A DNA stretch of 64,000 nucleotides, taken from NCBI GenBank assembly GCA_963712745.1, contig CAVQJC010000005.1, positions 1 to 64,000 of the forward strand. Reading direction: 5' to 3'. The first letter of the stretch is position 1; the number at the start of each line of letters is the position of its first letter. The stretch comes from an uncultured Chloroflexia bacterium (lineage in GTDB: Bacteria; Chloroflexota; Limnocylindria; Limnocylindrales; CSP1-4). Of this stretch, positions 1 to 12,422 are shown piece after piece. Under the pieces are notes generated by a model. It was given only the letters and a program-made list of their open reading frames with translations, did no database searches and was not told the DNA's origin. The position numbers and the translations under genes were made by a program.

Positions 1-211
1 CCGACGACGCCTCGTGAGGTAGTCTGCGCTCGTTCGACCCCGTCGTCCACCGCAAAGGGGCCCGCCGGTCTCCAGTCGGCGGACTCCTTACGACCAGACG
101 CGCTGGGTGCTTCCCGGGAAGTACGATGCGCCATCCACCGATTGCGCTCTGAAGCATCTTGTCGGAGCCGGTTGCCCGCCGAGCGGTGGGCGGAACTAGG
201 AGCACGCGAGC

Positions 212-1389
212 ATGGTTCAGATCTGGGACCCATTCGACGAGCAGCACATCAGCGACCCGTTCCCGATCTATCGACGACTGCGCGACGAGCACCCGGTCTA
301 CCACAACGAGGACAGGGACTTCTTTGCCCTGACTCGGTACAAGGACGTTGTCGCCGCCAATGCTGACTGGCATACGTTCTCGAGCGCGGAAGGAGTCGAC
401 CTAGACAACTCCGGCGCCCTACTGTTCGGAGCCGGGAACTTCGTCGAGGAAGACCCGCCCCTCCATGATCAGTTGCGGGCCGTGAATCCGCGAGCACCTG
501 ACACCCAAGCTCGTCAGCGGTCTCGAGCCCGAAATCGTCGCGAAGACCGAGCGACTGGTCAGCGAGCTCGCCGGGCGGGATGAGGTCGATCTTGCGTCTG
601 AGCTGTGCCTCGCACTGCCACTCTCGGTCGTAGGCGACATGCTCGGGCTCGAACACGACTTGCAGGATTGGGTCTACGAACGGTTTCTCGAGATGTTCTA
701 TCGCGAGTCTGGCCGTGTAGACCTCCCGGCGTCCGCGCTCACGGCCGTCCGTGAGGTCCGCGGGACGCTGGCAGACGAGCTGCGGAAGCGCCGAGCACAG
801 CCGCGGGAGGACCTCCTGACGGTAATCGCCCTCGGCGAGGTGGGCGGCCGCCCTCTGAGCGAGGACGAGCAACTGGGCATGAGCACCCTCATTGTTGGCG
901 CCGGCGTACTCGACGACCAAGAACCTGCTCTCGAACATCCTCTGGTACATGGCGACTGACGAAGACATTCGCCAGAGCGTCGTCGGGCTGCCATCCGAGG
1001 GCGTCAAGAACGCCGTGGAGGAGTTTCTCCGCTTCGACAGCCCGATCCAGAACTCATCCCGCATTACGAGGCAGGAGGTCGTCCTGCACGGCGTCACCAT
1101 TCCGAAGGGTGCGCGGGTGACGCTGGTCTATGGATCGGCGAACCGTGACGAACGGCAGTACACGAACCCCGACCAGATCCAGTTCGACCGCAACGTCGGC
1201 CGCCACATCGCCTTCGGCGGTGGCATCCATATGTGTATCGGGGCGCCGCTCGCCCGGCTCGAGGCTCGCGTCGTCCTGGAGCACGGCTTGCCCAAGCTCC
1301 CCCGCTTCGAGCTTGTCGGCCGGCCGGTCCGAAGCCTGAAGATGAACGAGCGAGGATTTGAGTCGCTCCCGGCTCGGTTGGTGACATGA
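212..1389 (+). CDS. Cytochrome P450 (split by about 2 frameshifts near 483 and 900)
   Basis: N-terminal DPFPIYRRLRDEHPVY, DPPLH, ExxR motif (EEFLRF) and heme motif FGGGIHMCIG across ORFs 212-583, 639-959 and 892-1389. Confidence 0.9.
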
Positions 1390-1921
1390 ACGGACCTGCC
1401 AAGCGCGGAAGCGAGTGCGTGGTCATAACGGGTGCCGCCTTGGCCTTCATCTCCGCGGCGGTAACGCTTCGAGACCATGACTTCACCGGCCGCATCCGGA
1501 TCGATGAGGGCCTAGACATCGCGCCCTACGACGAGCGCTCACCATCGAAGCAGAGCTTCACGGGGGTTCCCGCCCACATCGTCGGCAAGGCAACCCGTCC
1601 CTTGCCAGCCGGCCGCCTTACGTCTGGTCGCACCAGTACGACGACCGCACGCAGATGATCGGCGGGAACCTCTGCCACGAAAAGAAGGGGATCATTTGCG
1701 TAGGCCGGCTGGGCCACGACCCCGGCCGCGCGGGCCTCTTCGCGAACCACGGCGGAGGGCGCGTCGTGGCCGTGCTTGCCCCGAACTGGCCGACGGCCGT
1801 GCGCGCTGCCGAGGGGCTCGTTAGGTCGGGGCAACCGGCGCTGGGGTCCACACCGTGTTCACGCTTGACGCCGGTGCTGCCCACCCCGCAGCCTGCTACC
1901 CGAACTGAGGATCCAAGATGA
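1386..1921 (+). pseudogene. Degenerate ferredoxin reductase (FAD/NAD oxidoreductase) with large internal deletion
   Basis: VVITGAALAFISAAVTLR..FTGRI..APYDERSPSK matches the reductase N-terminus and is joined directly to C-terminal WSHQYD..QMIG..GRVVAVLAPNWP. Lies between the P450 and the ferredoxin. Confidence 0.65.
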
Positions 1922-2115
1922 GGATTGTCGTCAACCTTCCTGCCTGCCAGGCGTACGGCCTTTGCGTGATGGAGGCTCCCGACTACTTCGCGATCGATGA
2001 GGACGCCGACAAGGTCGCAGTGCTCAAGATGCAGGTCGCAGACGAGGACGCGGTGACCGTCGAGGCGGCTGAGCGGGCGTGCCCGATGTTCGCCATCAGC
2101 CTTGAGCGCTCGTGA
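1918..2115 (+). CDS. Ferredoxin ([3Fe-4S] type, P450-associated)
   Basis: CQAYGLC...ACP motif, 65 aa. Confidence 0.9.
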   Translation: MRIVVNLPACQAYGLCVMEAPDYFAIDEDADKVAVLKMQVADEDAVTVEAAERACPMFAISLERS

Positions 2116-2117
2116 GA

Positions 2118-3110
2118 ATGGCCGCCGAAAGCGGGGTGTGGAGGGAGCTGGTCACAGCAGCTTCGACTGATGCCACCACCGGCTGGGCACACTGCGGTGT
2201 GGCCATCGACGAATTGCGGGAATCCTGACGGCGGACGCCGCTCGACCGGAACTCGTCCGCATAGAGTGCGACGGGCAAGTCAGCTGGAGGATGGAGGTCC
2301 CGGTCATCGAGCCCCATGACCTCGTTCTCGACGACGAGGGTATCTGGATCGCCGACTGCGGCGTCAAGGCAGCACTGACTTCCTCGGGAACCTACGAGGA
2401 ATCCGGGCTCCCAGCCATCCGGTGCGGGGCCAGGCGCTGCGGATCGCGCGCAATGGTCAGGTGCTGGACCGGCTACCGCCACCCCCGGCGCTCGGCGATG
2501 GTCCGTTCAGTCCGACCAGCATCGCCGTCGACTCGGCGTCAGCGGCGGCGGCGGCACCGTTTGGGTCGCAGACGGCTACGGGCAAAGCCTCGTCCACAGG
2601 TACGACCGGGAAGGACTTGACCTCGGCGTCATCGATGGCACCGAAGGCGCTGGCCGCTTCGACACGCCGCACGGGCTGCTCATCGACCGCCGCCGGGACC
2701 CGGTGCGCCTGCTGATCTCCGACCGAGGGAATGGCCGAATATGCACATACACCATGTCGGGTCAGTTCCTCGGAACCATCGGGTCCGGCATCCTGCTGCG
2801 GCCCTGCGGCATGGCCCTCTCCGGGGACGTACTCCTCGTAGCGGACCTCGACGGGTGCGTGCGACTCTTCGGTCCCGACGACGGTTTGCAGTCCCGCATC
2901 GGGCACCCGACCGCCGAACATCCGCAAGGCTGGCCCAACAAGATCGAGCCTGATGGCAGTCACGTCGCGCCAGCCCATGCACCGTGGGTGTTCACGAGCC
3001 CCCACGATGTCGCTGTTGGCCGCGACGGAACGATCGTGGTCTGTGAGTGGCTGATAGGAGGGCGGCTGGTGGCGATCTTGCCGGCGGCTCCGCCACCCCT
3101 GAATAGCCCT
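2118..3110 (+). CDS. NHL-repeat beta-propeller protein (PAL/peptidylglycine lyase-like), frameshifted
   Basis: Segments WAHCGVAI, PHDLVLDDEGIWIAD, PTSIAVD, WVADGYG, FDTPHGLLID, ISDRGNGRI, FTSPHDVAVGRDGTIVVCEW; 3' end uncertain. Confidence 0.7.
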
Positions 3111-3114
3111 TCAA

Positions 3115-4344
3115 ATGGTGCTCATCGTCGTCGGGACGGCCATCACCGCGGGGGTCGGGGCCACCGTCGTCGACGTGGCGCTCTCCGTCGACTCGAACAG
3201 CCGGGGCGGCATCGGTCACGAGTCACCCTTCACCGGCACCGGCGCCCGTGCGGTCGGCTTCCACGGCGGCATCGTCACCGCCGGCAACTCGGTCGGACTC
3301 ATGCTCGCGGAGACCGAGGTCGTCTTCATCCCGCACGCCTGGGGGCCGAGGTCGGCGTCTCGCCGGGGCTTGCGCTCGTCATCGGTGCGGGCCGCATGCT
3401 GCTGCCGAGTCCCCGCTTCGGCCTCGTCGCGGGCGTGCCGCCGGGCCTGCGGTTCGAGGTCGAGGGTCCCCGCCAGGTCATGCTGGCGGGCGGCCCCGAG
3501 ACGACCGCGCTCACCGAGGGTGGGGCCGAGGGCCAGGTGCTGACGTATCACGGCAGGCGCAAGCCCACGTGGGAGGCGCCGAGCGGTGGGGGCCTGGAGG
3601 TCGCCGAGGCCGACGGCGCGCCCGATGTCGCCGGCGTCACCCGCCTCGAGCTCGTGGGGGCGAGCCTCACCGACGACGGTGGTGGCCAGGTGACCGTCAG
3701 CGTGAACGCCGGTGGTGTCAGCTACGGCGACGACGGCGACATCAGTACCCTCGCCTACGAGGACGAGCCTGCTGCAGGAGCCCTCGATGCGGTCGCCCGC
3801 GCCGACCACGTCCACGCATCCCGCGGCGGCCAGCCCCCCGGCAAGACAACCTCGCCGCCTCGGTCGATCCGACCGTGACCGACGACGCGAGCGCCGGCTA
3901 CGAGGTCGGGTCGATCCGGTCAACACGACCGACGACCGGGTCTTCCGCTGCGTCGACGACACGACGGGTTCGGCCGTCTGGCTCATCACCTCGCCGAGCC
4001 GGACCAAGCTCCTCTCCTACCCGGTCGGCGGCGGCAACCCAGCGACGGTGGCCGTTCCCGACGCCGACATCCCACGCATCGGGGGTGCCCTCTTCGACGA
4101 CGGCGGCGACACCGGGGTGGGCATCATCCACTGGTATCGCAACGGCACCTACAACCGGGTCACCGGCGTCGACGCCGCCTCGAGCCCCTGGGTCTTCCGC
4201 GAGGCCACCTACTCCGCGTCCGACCCCTTCAGCTTCTACATCGAGGGCAACTCCGCAGGTGCCCGGCTCATGCTGCGCAACAGCGCGGGGTATGGGCGGA
4301 CGGTGAGCCTGTGGGTGTTCACCGCAGCGGGGAACCTCGTCTGA
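3115..4344 (+). pseudogene. Phage tail fibre/minor tail protein fragment (N-terminus missing, frameshifted)
   Basis: GAEGQVLTYHG..PTWEAPSGGG and DPTVTDDASAGYEVGSI.VNTTDDRVFRCVDDTTGSAVW segments resemble motifs in phage tail fibres. Confidence 0.55.
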
Positions 4345-4481
4345 GGGGCTGGTATGGACGATGCGCACGGCGTCGTCATCGTCACCGAGGATGAGATGGG
4401 CGTGGCGGGGTAGGGCTGCTCAGGTGAGGGCCGGTGTCCTCGTGGATAGGACAGCAGCCCGCCTTGGTCCCCGCAGAAGAG

Positions 4482-6058
4482 TCAGGTCGTCGAGTCCGGC
4501 AGATGGCGGCCGGCGTGGCCGATGACGAAGCAGTGGGCGTCCTCGTCGATGAACCAGTAGATGCGCAGAATTGTGTCTGTCGACCCACCGTCGCCCAGCG
4601 CCAGGTGTGGTCCGAGCAAGATGCGGTGACCGTCGTACGTGCGCTCGTAGTCGCTTCGATGCCGACCCTGTGTGATCTCACTTACGAGCCGGTAGTCGAA
4701 GCCAAGCTCCGCGAAGGCGTCGCGGAAGCCGACGCCGAGGTTCCCCTCTCGCCAAGCCACCGCCACCTGTCCGATCGCGTCGAAGGCTGCCGATGCTCGT
4801 GCCACCAGTCGATACCGCGTCTGCTCGGCGGCATCCAACGCTTCAGGCAGGACGACGAGAGCTCCGGGGTAGGACGACGCCACCACCTCGAGCGCCTCCT
4901 TGACCGAGGCATGTTGCGGCATGCTCTCGTCGATCTGCTCCCCGCTCGACCGTGACCGCAGCTTGGACGTCCGCGAAGTTGCGTAGCAGGCGCTCGTTCG
5001 TCACCTCGAGTTCGCGCTTCTCTTCCTCGAGCACCACCTTCTCGAGCTCCAACTCCTCGACCCGGGCCTGGATGCGGTCGAACTCCTTCGTCCCGCGAAC
5101 GCGTCCGGGATGGTCTCTTCGGAAGCCCGTCGCTCCCACTCAGCTCGTTCCGCGGCGCGTCGACTCGCTTCCATCTCGCGACGGAGCGACGCCGCAAGGG
5201 GATCGGGAGAGATTTGCAGTGATGCCACGTCGCCGATGAGCGAGAGGAGGTGCCTCCCGAAGCCGACGCTCCTGTCGCCGCCGTCCCTGCGTCGATCTGA
5301 TCGATGAGGTCGACGGTTCGACCCAGCCAGAGACGATGGAGATATGGATCGCTATCGAGCGTGAGGCCGGGCCAGTACACGCGGACCGCGCCTTCGTACA
5401 CCGTGAGCTGACGCCCGAGTCGTTCAGTCAACTCGAATGTGGCTGGCACGGTGGTGATGTTGAAGACGTGCGCGAGGCCCACGAGCTGATCGGCGAGCGC
5501 GTTTGGATCGGTGGCCGGCCCGTAGGACATCGCGTCGGGTGAGACCACGACGACCGGCAGTCGACGGTCTCGCGCCAGGAGCAAGTCGACCAAGCTACCG
5601 ATATCGTCCGACTGGACGTCCCGGGCGCGCGACGACAGTGAGCGTCCATCGGCGCGGCCTCCGAGCTCCTCGACAAGGGTACGGACGATCCTAGGACGGC
5701 CCGGGCTATCGGACGCCGGGCTGACGGCGGGCAAGAGAGATTCCTGCGTCAGCCGGAACGTGACGCGGGTGACCGAATTGACGCGCGCCAACTGGACGAG
5801 ACTCCGCCAGGCGAGCGAGTCGTCGTCGTTGTCCCGGTGACGGAACACGAAGCTCCACGCCTTCGCGTCGCCGGTCGGTGATGCCACATTGGCCCATTGG
5901 ACCCCGTCGGTCGGCGACAGCTCCAAGCGCGTGTCCGTAGAGGTATCGGCTTCGTGGTCACCGTAGCGGTCGAGGGCCCACCTCACGACAAGACCCTGAC
6001 CGCGGTCGAAGGCGGCTTCGTCAGTCAGTTCGAACCGTGCCGCATACAGCTCGCGCAT
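4482..6058 (-). CDS. Uncharacterised ~525-aa protein: N-terminal alpha/beta domains, coiled coil and C-terminal RelE/ParE-like domain (frameshifted); candidate defence effector
   Basis: Joined from ORFs 4682-6058, 5001-5228, 4843-5139 and 4482-4922. Motifs RLPVVVVS, LVGLAHV, GAVRVYWP; heptad EELELEKVVLEEEKRELEV; C-terminal HLALG..LRIYWFID..FVIGHAGRHL. Confidence 0.65.
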
Positions 6059-6285
6059 CGATGGACCCCCACTCAGCTCCGAAGGTGCCGACCCAGTATG
6101 TCTGGCGTGCGGCCTCGTTGTGGGGGCAACCCGAAAGGGGGTCGCCGGGCTTCATCGCGAAGTGAGCGCCTGTTCTGAGGGCGGGGTCGGGGTTGAGCGA
6201 TGCAGGTTTGCATCCAGCCTCACGCCATCGGCCCCGGCCGGTCGAGGGCCAGGGTTGACCTCCAGCAGGTGCTAGTCGTCGTGCC

Positions 6286-6325
6286 CCAGCAGCGTCGCCA
6301 TCAGCGCGTCCGGCCCGTCCTCGCC
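6286..6325. repeat. Orphan copy of the 3' end of the small wHTH gene (direct repeat of 6799-6838)
   Basis: 34/40 nt identical. The minus strand encodes GEDGPDALMATLL versus GEDGQDALMAALL. Confidence 0.8.
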
Positions 6326-6341
6326 GAGGTGGCGACACGCA

Positions 6342-6773
6342 TCAGCCATCGCTGCTCTCGCCCGCCACGACGAAGTCTTCCCACGTCCTGTCACAGGCGG
6401 CCCCCCAGCGGTCGAGTTCGTCTTGCGGGACGTCGGGGGTGCCGTCGAGCACGTAGGCCCACATCGTCAGGCAGAAGGTCCTGTAGAACTCGGTCGGTAT
6501 CGTGGCCAACGGCACGTTCTCCGGGAAGTCGGCCTCCCTGCAGGCATAGAGCACGCCCAGCCGAGTCCCTTCATCCTGCCTGACCCCACCCAACGCCGTC
6601 GGCTGCTCGTCCTGATAGGCGACGAACTCTTCGAGCACGTCATCACAGAACTCGTCGTGAGCCCTCACGGCGTCGTGAGCCCTCACGGCGGGCGTGTCGT
6701 CTTGAGCAGCCACGGCGGGCGTGAGGGCCAGGGCAGCCGCGATCATCGCTGCACCGAGGGGTCGTATCCTCAT
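6342..6773 (-). CDS. Secreted hypothetical protein (signal peptide, 4 Cys)
   Basis: MRIRPLGAAMIAAALALTPAVAAQ signal peptide; internal 18-bp tandem duplication at 6653-6688; ATGA overlap with the upstream gene. Confidence 0.7.
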   Translation of the reverse strand: MRIRPLGAAMIAAALALTPAVAAQDDTPAVRAHDAVRAHDEFCDDVLEEFVAYQDEQPTALGGVRQDEGTRLGVLYACREADFPENVPLATIPTEFYRTFCLTMWAYVLDGTPDVPQDELDRWGAACDRTWEDFVVAGESSDG

Positions 6774-6975
6774 CGTCTTCTCCCTACCCGTTCTGTCTCC
6801 AGCAACGCCGCCATCAGGGCATCCTGCCCGTCCTCACCACTCATCGCCAGCTGCCGTGACACCTTCTCACCCGCAGCGGTCAGCGTGTAGACCGGCTCGC
6901 CGTCCTCGCGCTGCGTCACGGTGATGAGGCCGGCACGCTCGAGCTCGGCGGCGATGGCGCGTCGTGGCCGGTCAT
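6770..6975 (-). CDS. Small winged-helix (PadR/MarR-like wing) protein, probably frameshifted near the start
   Basis: AELERAGLITVTQREDGEPVYTLTAAGEKV. Confidence 0.55.
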
Positions 6976-6993
6976 CGCTCGTCGGCTGGCGAC

Positions 6994-7348
6994 CTACCGC
7001 CGCGCCGCCTTGGACCGCTTGCGCGCCCGGTACCAGGCGAGGTACTCGAGCAGCTCGTCGCGCTCGTCGTCGCTGAGGTCGCCGAAGAGGGCCATGCCCA
7101 GCCTGGCGCCACCGGGCTCCTCCACGCCCGGCATCGGGTAGCCGGCGAGCACCATGAGTTCCGCGTAGGGCAAGCCGAGGACCTCGCCCAGTCGCTGGAG
7201 CACCGTGGGCGAGGGGCTCTTGACCGCGTCCTGCTCGAGCTTGTGCATGTAGGCCTGGGAGAATCCCAGCGACGCGAGCGCTCTCGTTGCCCGAGAGCCC
7301 GCGCACCTCGCGTGCCTGTCGCAGGACCGCTCCCAACGTTCGGGCCAT
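6994..7348 (-). CDS. XRE-family HTH transcriptional repressor (one frameshift)
   Basis: MARTLGAVLRQAREVRGLS...GI/SQAYMHKLEQDAVKSPSPTVLQRLGEVLGL; RBS GAGGAGG upstream. Confidence 0.85.
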
Positions 7349-7359
7349 CGGTGCCTCCT

Positions 7360-7421
7360 CTGCCACAATAGTGAATACCTACCACTACGATTGACACTAC
7401 CACCCGGACCTGCCATACAGT
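7360..7421. promoter_or_regulatory. Divergent promoter/operator region between repressor and recombinase
   Basis: TTGACA (7391) with a 17-bp spacer to CATACA (7414) on +; TATTGT on - near 7365-7370; four CT(A/G)CCA(C/T) repeats at 7360, 7379, 7397 and 7410. Confidence 0.5.
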
Positions 7422-7454
7422 CCCCAGCCGCTCAGACACCCGGAGGTCCGCTGC

Positions 7455-9026
<1,572 letters not shown>

Positions 9027-9068
9027 ACAGAAAGGACCAACGCGACTCACCGGTCGCGTGGAATTGGG

Positions 9069-9074
9069 ATTATA
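9069..9074 (-). promoter_or_regulatory. -10 box (TATAAT) of the tRNA-Pro promoter
   Basis: Perfect TATAAT about 43 nt upstream of the tRNA in otherwise GC-rich DNA; no clear -35. Confidence 0.55.
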
Positions 9075-9099
9075 GGCCACCTCGTGTGAGCCTTCCCAC

Positions 9100-9720
9100 A
9101 GCCGCCGGTCACCCGACTCGTCGGCATCGGCCTCTACCAGCTCGCCATCGGCGGCTTCGAGGTGCCCGGGACGGCCGGCCAGATGGGGCGCGTCAGTGGC
9201 GACTCGGCCATCGACACGTTCTCGCTCGTGGCGGTCTAAGGCATCGCCGGGCTTCTGCGCGGACCCATCCTCGGCGGCGTGCTGACAATCGCAGGGCGTC
9301 GGGCGAGGCGGCAACCGGCGGCTTCCGGTGGATTGCTGCTCATCGTCTACGCCCTGGGCATGGCCGCGCCGCTCTTCTTGCTGGCCTCGCTGTGGGAGCG
9401 CATCGGACCATGGGCACGGTCGCGCATCAGCACCGGCGAATGGCGCAGCGGGCGCTGGTCGCGGCCGCCGCTGACCGTCATCTCCAGCCTGATGTTCGTC
9501 GTGCTCGCCATCGCCTTCATGGCCTTCCAGGTGCGAACGTGCTCGAGGGGTTCTACGAGTCGGTTGGTGCGAGCTACCTCTCGGCCGAGCAGGAAGCCAC
9601 GGTCGGCAGCTTCATCCGTGATCAGGGTGTGCCGGCCACGATCCCCGTGGTGTTGGTGCTCGTCACGGTCATTGCCCTCGCCATCGGCAGTGGCGACGCC
9701 GGAGCAGGGATGCGGATAGT
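9100..9720 (+). pseudogene. ccdA: Cytochrome c biogenesis CcdA-like fragment
   Basis: GFCA/GPILGGVLTIA...LLIVYALGMAAPLFLLA; in-frame TAA near 9237, frameshifts and missing N-terminus. Confidence 0.6.
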
Positions 9721-10152
9721 ACCGCAGCAGCCTGCGAGGCCGATCCGCACTGACCAGGCGCCGACCGTGCTGACCGGGGGCCGATCCGCACTCAACGGGG
9801 CCTGCACTGTGCCAGCCGTCGCCGGGGGCGACGCTATCGTGATCGCAAGCGGTCCCGGATAGACATTCGTCGCCCTGAGCGACGCTAGGCGGACATGGCC
9901 CGTGCGAGTGGCGTCAGATGTCGCCCCTGGTGACGCCTGGCTATCGCGATGGGCCATCTGCAGCTACCAGAGAGGTAATCGGCCCCACTCGGCTTGGCTA
10001 CGAGTGCGACGACGGTCGCTCGTGGCGACGCGTGGCCACGACGACGCGCGGCCGATCCCTGAACCGCGGAGGGGGGCACGCCAATCGGGTACTCTGGCCA
10101 TACGTGCGGCCTCGCACGGGAAGCGCGGACAGCTATGGCGATGGGAGCTGCG

Positions 10153-11430
10153 ATGACGGACGAGCGGTTGCTGGGAGGCGTCTCGTCGACCTTCCGCATC
10201 AACCCCTACACGGGCACGCACCTGGAGGTGGCCGACGCACACGGCGCACGGCTGCGAACCACCGACGGTCAGGAATACATCGACATGTTCATGGCCCACG
10301 GCAGCACCGTGCTTGGTCACGCGCATCCGGATGTGGTAGCGGCCGTCAGGGATGTACTCGACGCCGGTGTCGTCATCGGCTACGAGACCGGCCAGGGCGA
10401 GGTGGTCGCTCGACAGCTGGCCGGGTTCGTGCCCTCGGCGGAGGCGGTCCGCTTCGTCGCCTCCGGCAGTGAGGCAGTCGCGACCGCGCTCCGCGTCGCC
10501 CGTGCCTACACCGGCCGGGACCTGGTGATCAAGATCGACGGCCATTACAACGGGGCCGCCGACTACGCCCTGGTCAACTCGTTGGCCGCCAACACCGACG
10601 CCGACAACAGCGGCGGCCACGTATCCCGCCGGATCCCATCGTGCGCGGGTATCCCGCAGGCCACGATCGACACGGTCATCCCCGTGCCCTGGAACGACCT
10701 CGAGGCGCTTGACGCAGCCCTCGACGCCTACCGTGACCAGGTAGCTGCGGTGCTGATGGTGCCGATCGACTTCAACAACGGCTGTATCACGCCCGCGGAT
10801 GGCTACCTCGCAGCGGCCATCGAGCGCTCGCACGCCGCCGGCGCGCTGATGGTCTTCGACGAAGTCCTCTCCGGGCTGAAGGTGGAGGGCGGAAGCGCAC
10901 AAGCGCTGTACGGCGTGACGCCAGACCTGACGACGGTGTCCAAGGCCATCAGCAGCGGCGTCCCACTGGCCGCGGTGGTGGGCCTGCGTGAGCCGATGGA
11001 GACGATGATGCGGCCCCTGCCAGGCGGCGCCATCCAGGGCGGCACCTTCGCCGGCAGCGCTCTCGGACTGGCCGCCGCGTCGGCGACGCTGAGGCTGCTG
11101 GCCGACACTCCGGTTCACGCCGAGCTGCTCGCCCGAGCGGCCAGCTTCTTCGCCTCGCTGCAGGACGTGTTCGACCGCTCCTCTCTCCCCGCCAGGGTCC
11201 AGGGCCTGGGCTCCATGTTCACCATCTACCTGGGCACGCGTGAACCTGTTCGCAGCTACGCCGACATGAACGCCCTCGACCGCGAGCTGGCGCGTCGTTT
11301 CTTCGTCCGCTGCATCGAGGAAGGCCTCTACTTCCACACCGACTTCTGCGTCTCGGCCGCGCACGACCAGGCCATCCTGGATGAGGCGCTCGGGCGCATC
11401 GAAGGTGTCGCCTCCGAACCCGGCTGGTAG
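10153..11430 (+). CDS. Class III PLP aminotransferase (GSA-aminomutase-like)
   Basis: YIDMFMAHG..LGHAHP, FVASGSEA, VFDEVLSG, DLTTVSKAISSG, GGTFAG. Confidence 0.9.
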   Translation: MTDERLLGGVSSTFRINPYTGTHLEVADAHGARLRTTDGQEYIDMFMAHGSTVLGHAHPDVVAAVRDVLDAGVVIGYETGQGEVVARQLAGFVPSAEAVRFVASGSEAVATALRVARAYTGRDLVIKIDGHYNGAADYALVNSLAANTDADNSGGHVSRRIPSCAGIPQATIDTVIPVPWNDLEALDAALDAYRDQVAAVLMVPIDFNNGCITPADGYLAAAIERSHAAGALMVFDEVLSGLKVEGGSAQALYGVTPDLTTVSKAISSGVPLAAVVGLREPMETMMRPLPGGAIQGGTFAGSALGLAAASATLRLLADTPVHAELLARAASFFASLQDVFDRSSLPARVQGLGSMFTIYLGTREPVRSYADMNALDRELARRFFVRCIEEGLYFHTDFCVSAAHDQAILDEALGRIEGVASEPGW

Positions 11431-11469
11431 CCGCCGACCCGCTGCCGTCGCCTGCCGGCCGCCTTTGGC

Positions 11470-12418
11470 CTAGAGCACCCGCAACGCGAGGTCCGCGGCG
11501 CCCGCGAGCACGCTCTCATGCCCAAGGGCCGCGGGTACGACGTGCAGCGATGCGCCGTTCTCGTGCATGACCCGCTTGCGGGCCAACGAGGTAGCGCGGC
11601 GGATCGAGCCGGGGCTGCCCCAGCCCGATCGAGCCGCCGACCACGATCACTGCCGGCTCCAGCACGGACGTGATCGCCACCATGGCCATCGACAGGGCCT
11701 CCGCGGCTTCGTCCGCCAGCCGCTGTGCCGTGGGGTCGCCAAGGCGCGCCCAGCGGAAGACGTCCTCAGCCGTCCTGGGCGCCGACCGCCCGTCCGGTTG
11801 CAGCATCCGCGGCCAGGTCTTCCGCGCACGTCGGGCAAGTGAGCTGCCGCCCGCGAATGACTCTACGTCCCCGCGGCGTCCGCAGGCGCAGCGTGGCCCG
11901 TGGGGGTCCATCACGATATGGCCGACCTCGCCCGCGTTGCCAGTGGCTCCGCGGACCACCTGGCCGCCGACGATGACCCCGCCACCGACCCCGCTGCTCA
12001 CAGTCAGGTAGCCCATCGGGTCGGCACCGGAGCCGGCGCCGAAGTGCCACTCGCCGAGGGCCGCGGTGTTGGCGTCGTCGTCGAGCGAGACGGGGGCGCC
12101 CAGGCGCTCGCTGAGCATGGCCGCGATAGGCACATCGGCCCAGCCGAGATTGGAGGAACGCGTGATGACGCCCTCCGTGGCATCCAGCGGTCCCGGTGCG
12201 GCGACCCCGAGCCCGGCCACGCGGCCACCCCTGCTGACCAGGACGCGGTCGACCTGGTCGGCCACCCAGTCGACGAACGCCTCGGGGTCAGGGTGACTAT
12301 CGCTACGCACGACGGTCCCGTCACCATGCCAGCCCGCTTCCAGTTCGCCGACCGACCGGACGGTCAGGAGCGTCTTGGTGCCACCGATGTCGACGGCCAC
12401 CACGAGCGGGTCGGCCAC
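11470..12418 (-). CDS. ROK family sugar kinase (frameshift near C-terminus)
   Basis: AVDIGGTK, DDANTAALGE, GNAGEVGH, CACGRRG; true end HESVLAGAADLALRVL* at 11470. Confidence 0.9.
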
Positions 12419-12422
12419 GCGT

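Noticed and set aside
4345-4412. Possible leftover alternative 3' end of the tail-fibre gene
   Set aside because: Too short, with no clear nucleotide repeat to support it.
6100-6200. GAAA-tetraloop hairpin upstream of the defence candidate as an ncRNA or intron end
   Set aside because: A short imperfect stem in GC-rich DNA, with no group II domain V or riboswitch consensus.
9720-10130. Possible gene between the ccdA remnant and the aminotransferase
   Set aside because: Only short ORFs without motifs; likely decayed sequence.
10153-11430. hemL call, and hemE for 42170-43270
   Set aside because: Both are divergent family members in sugar contexts with no other tetrapyrrole genes nearby.
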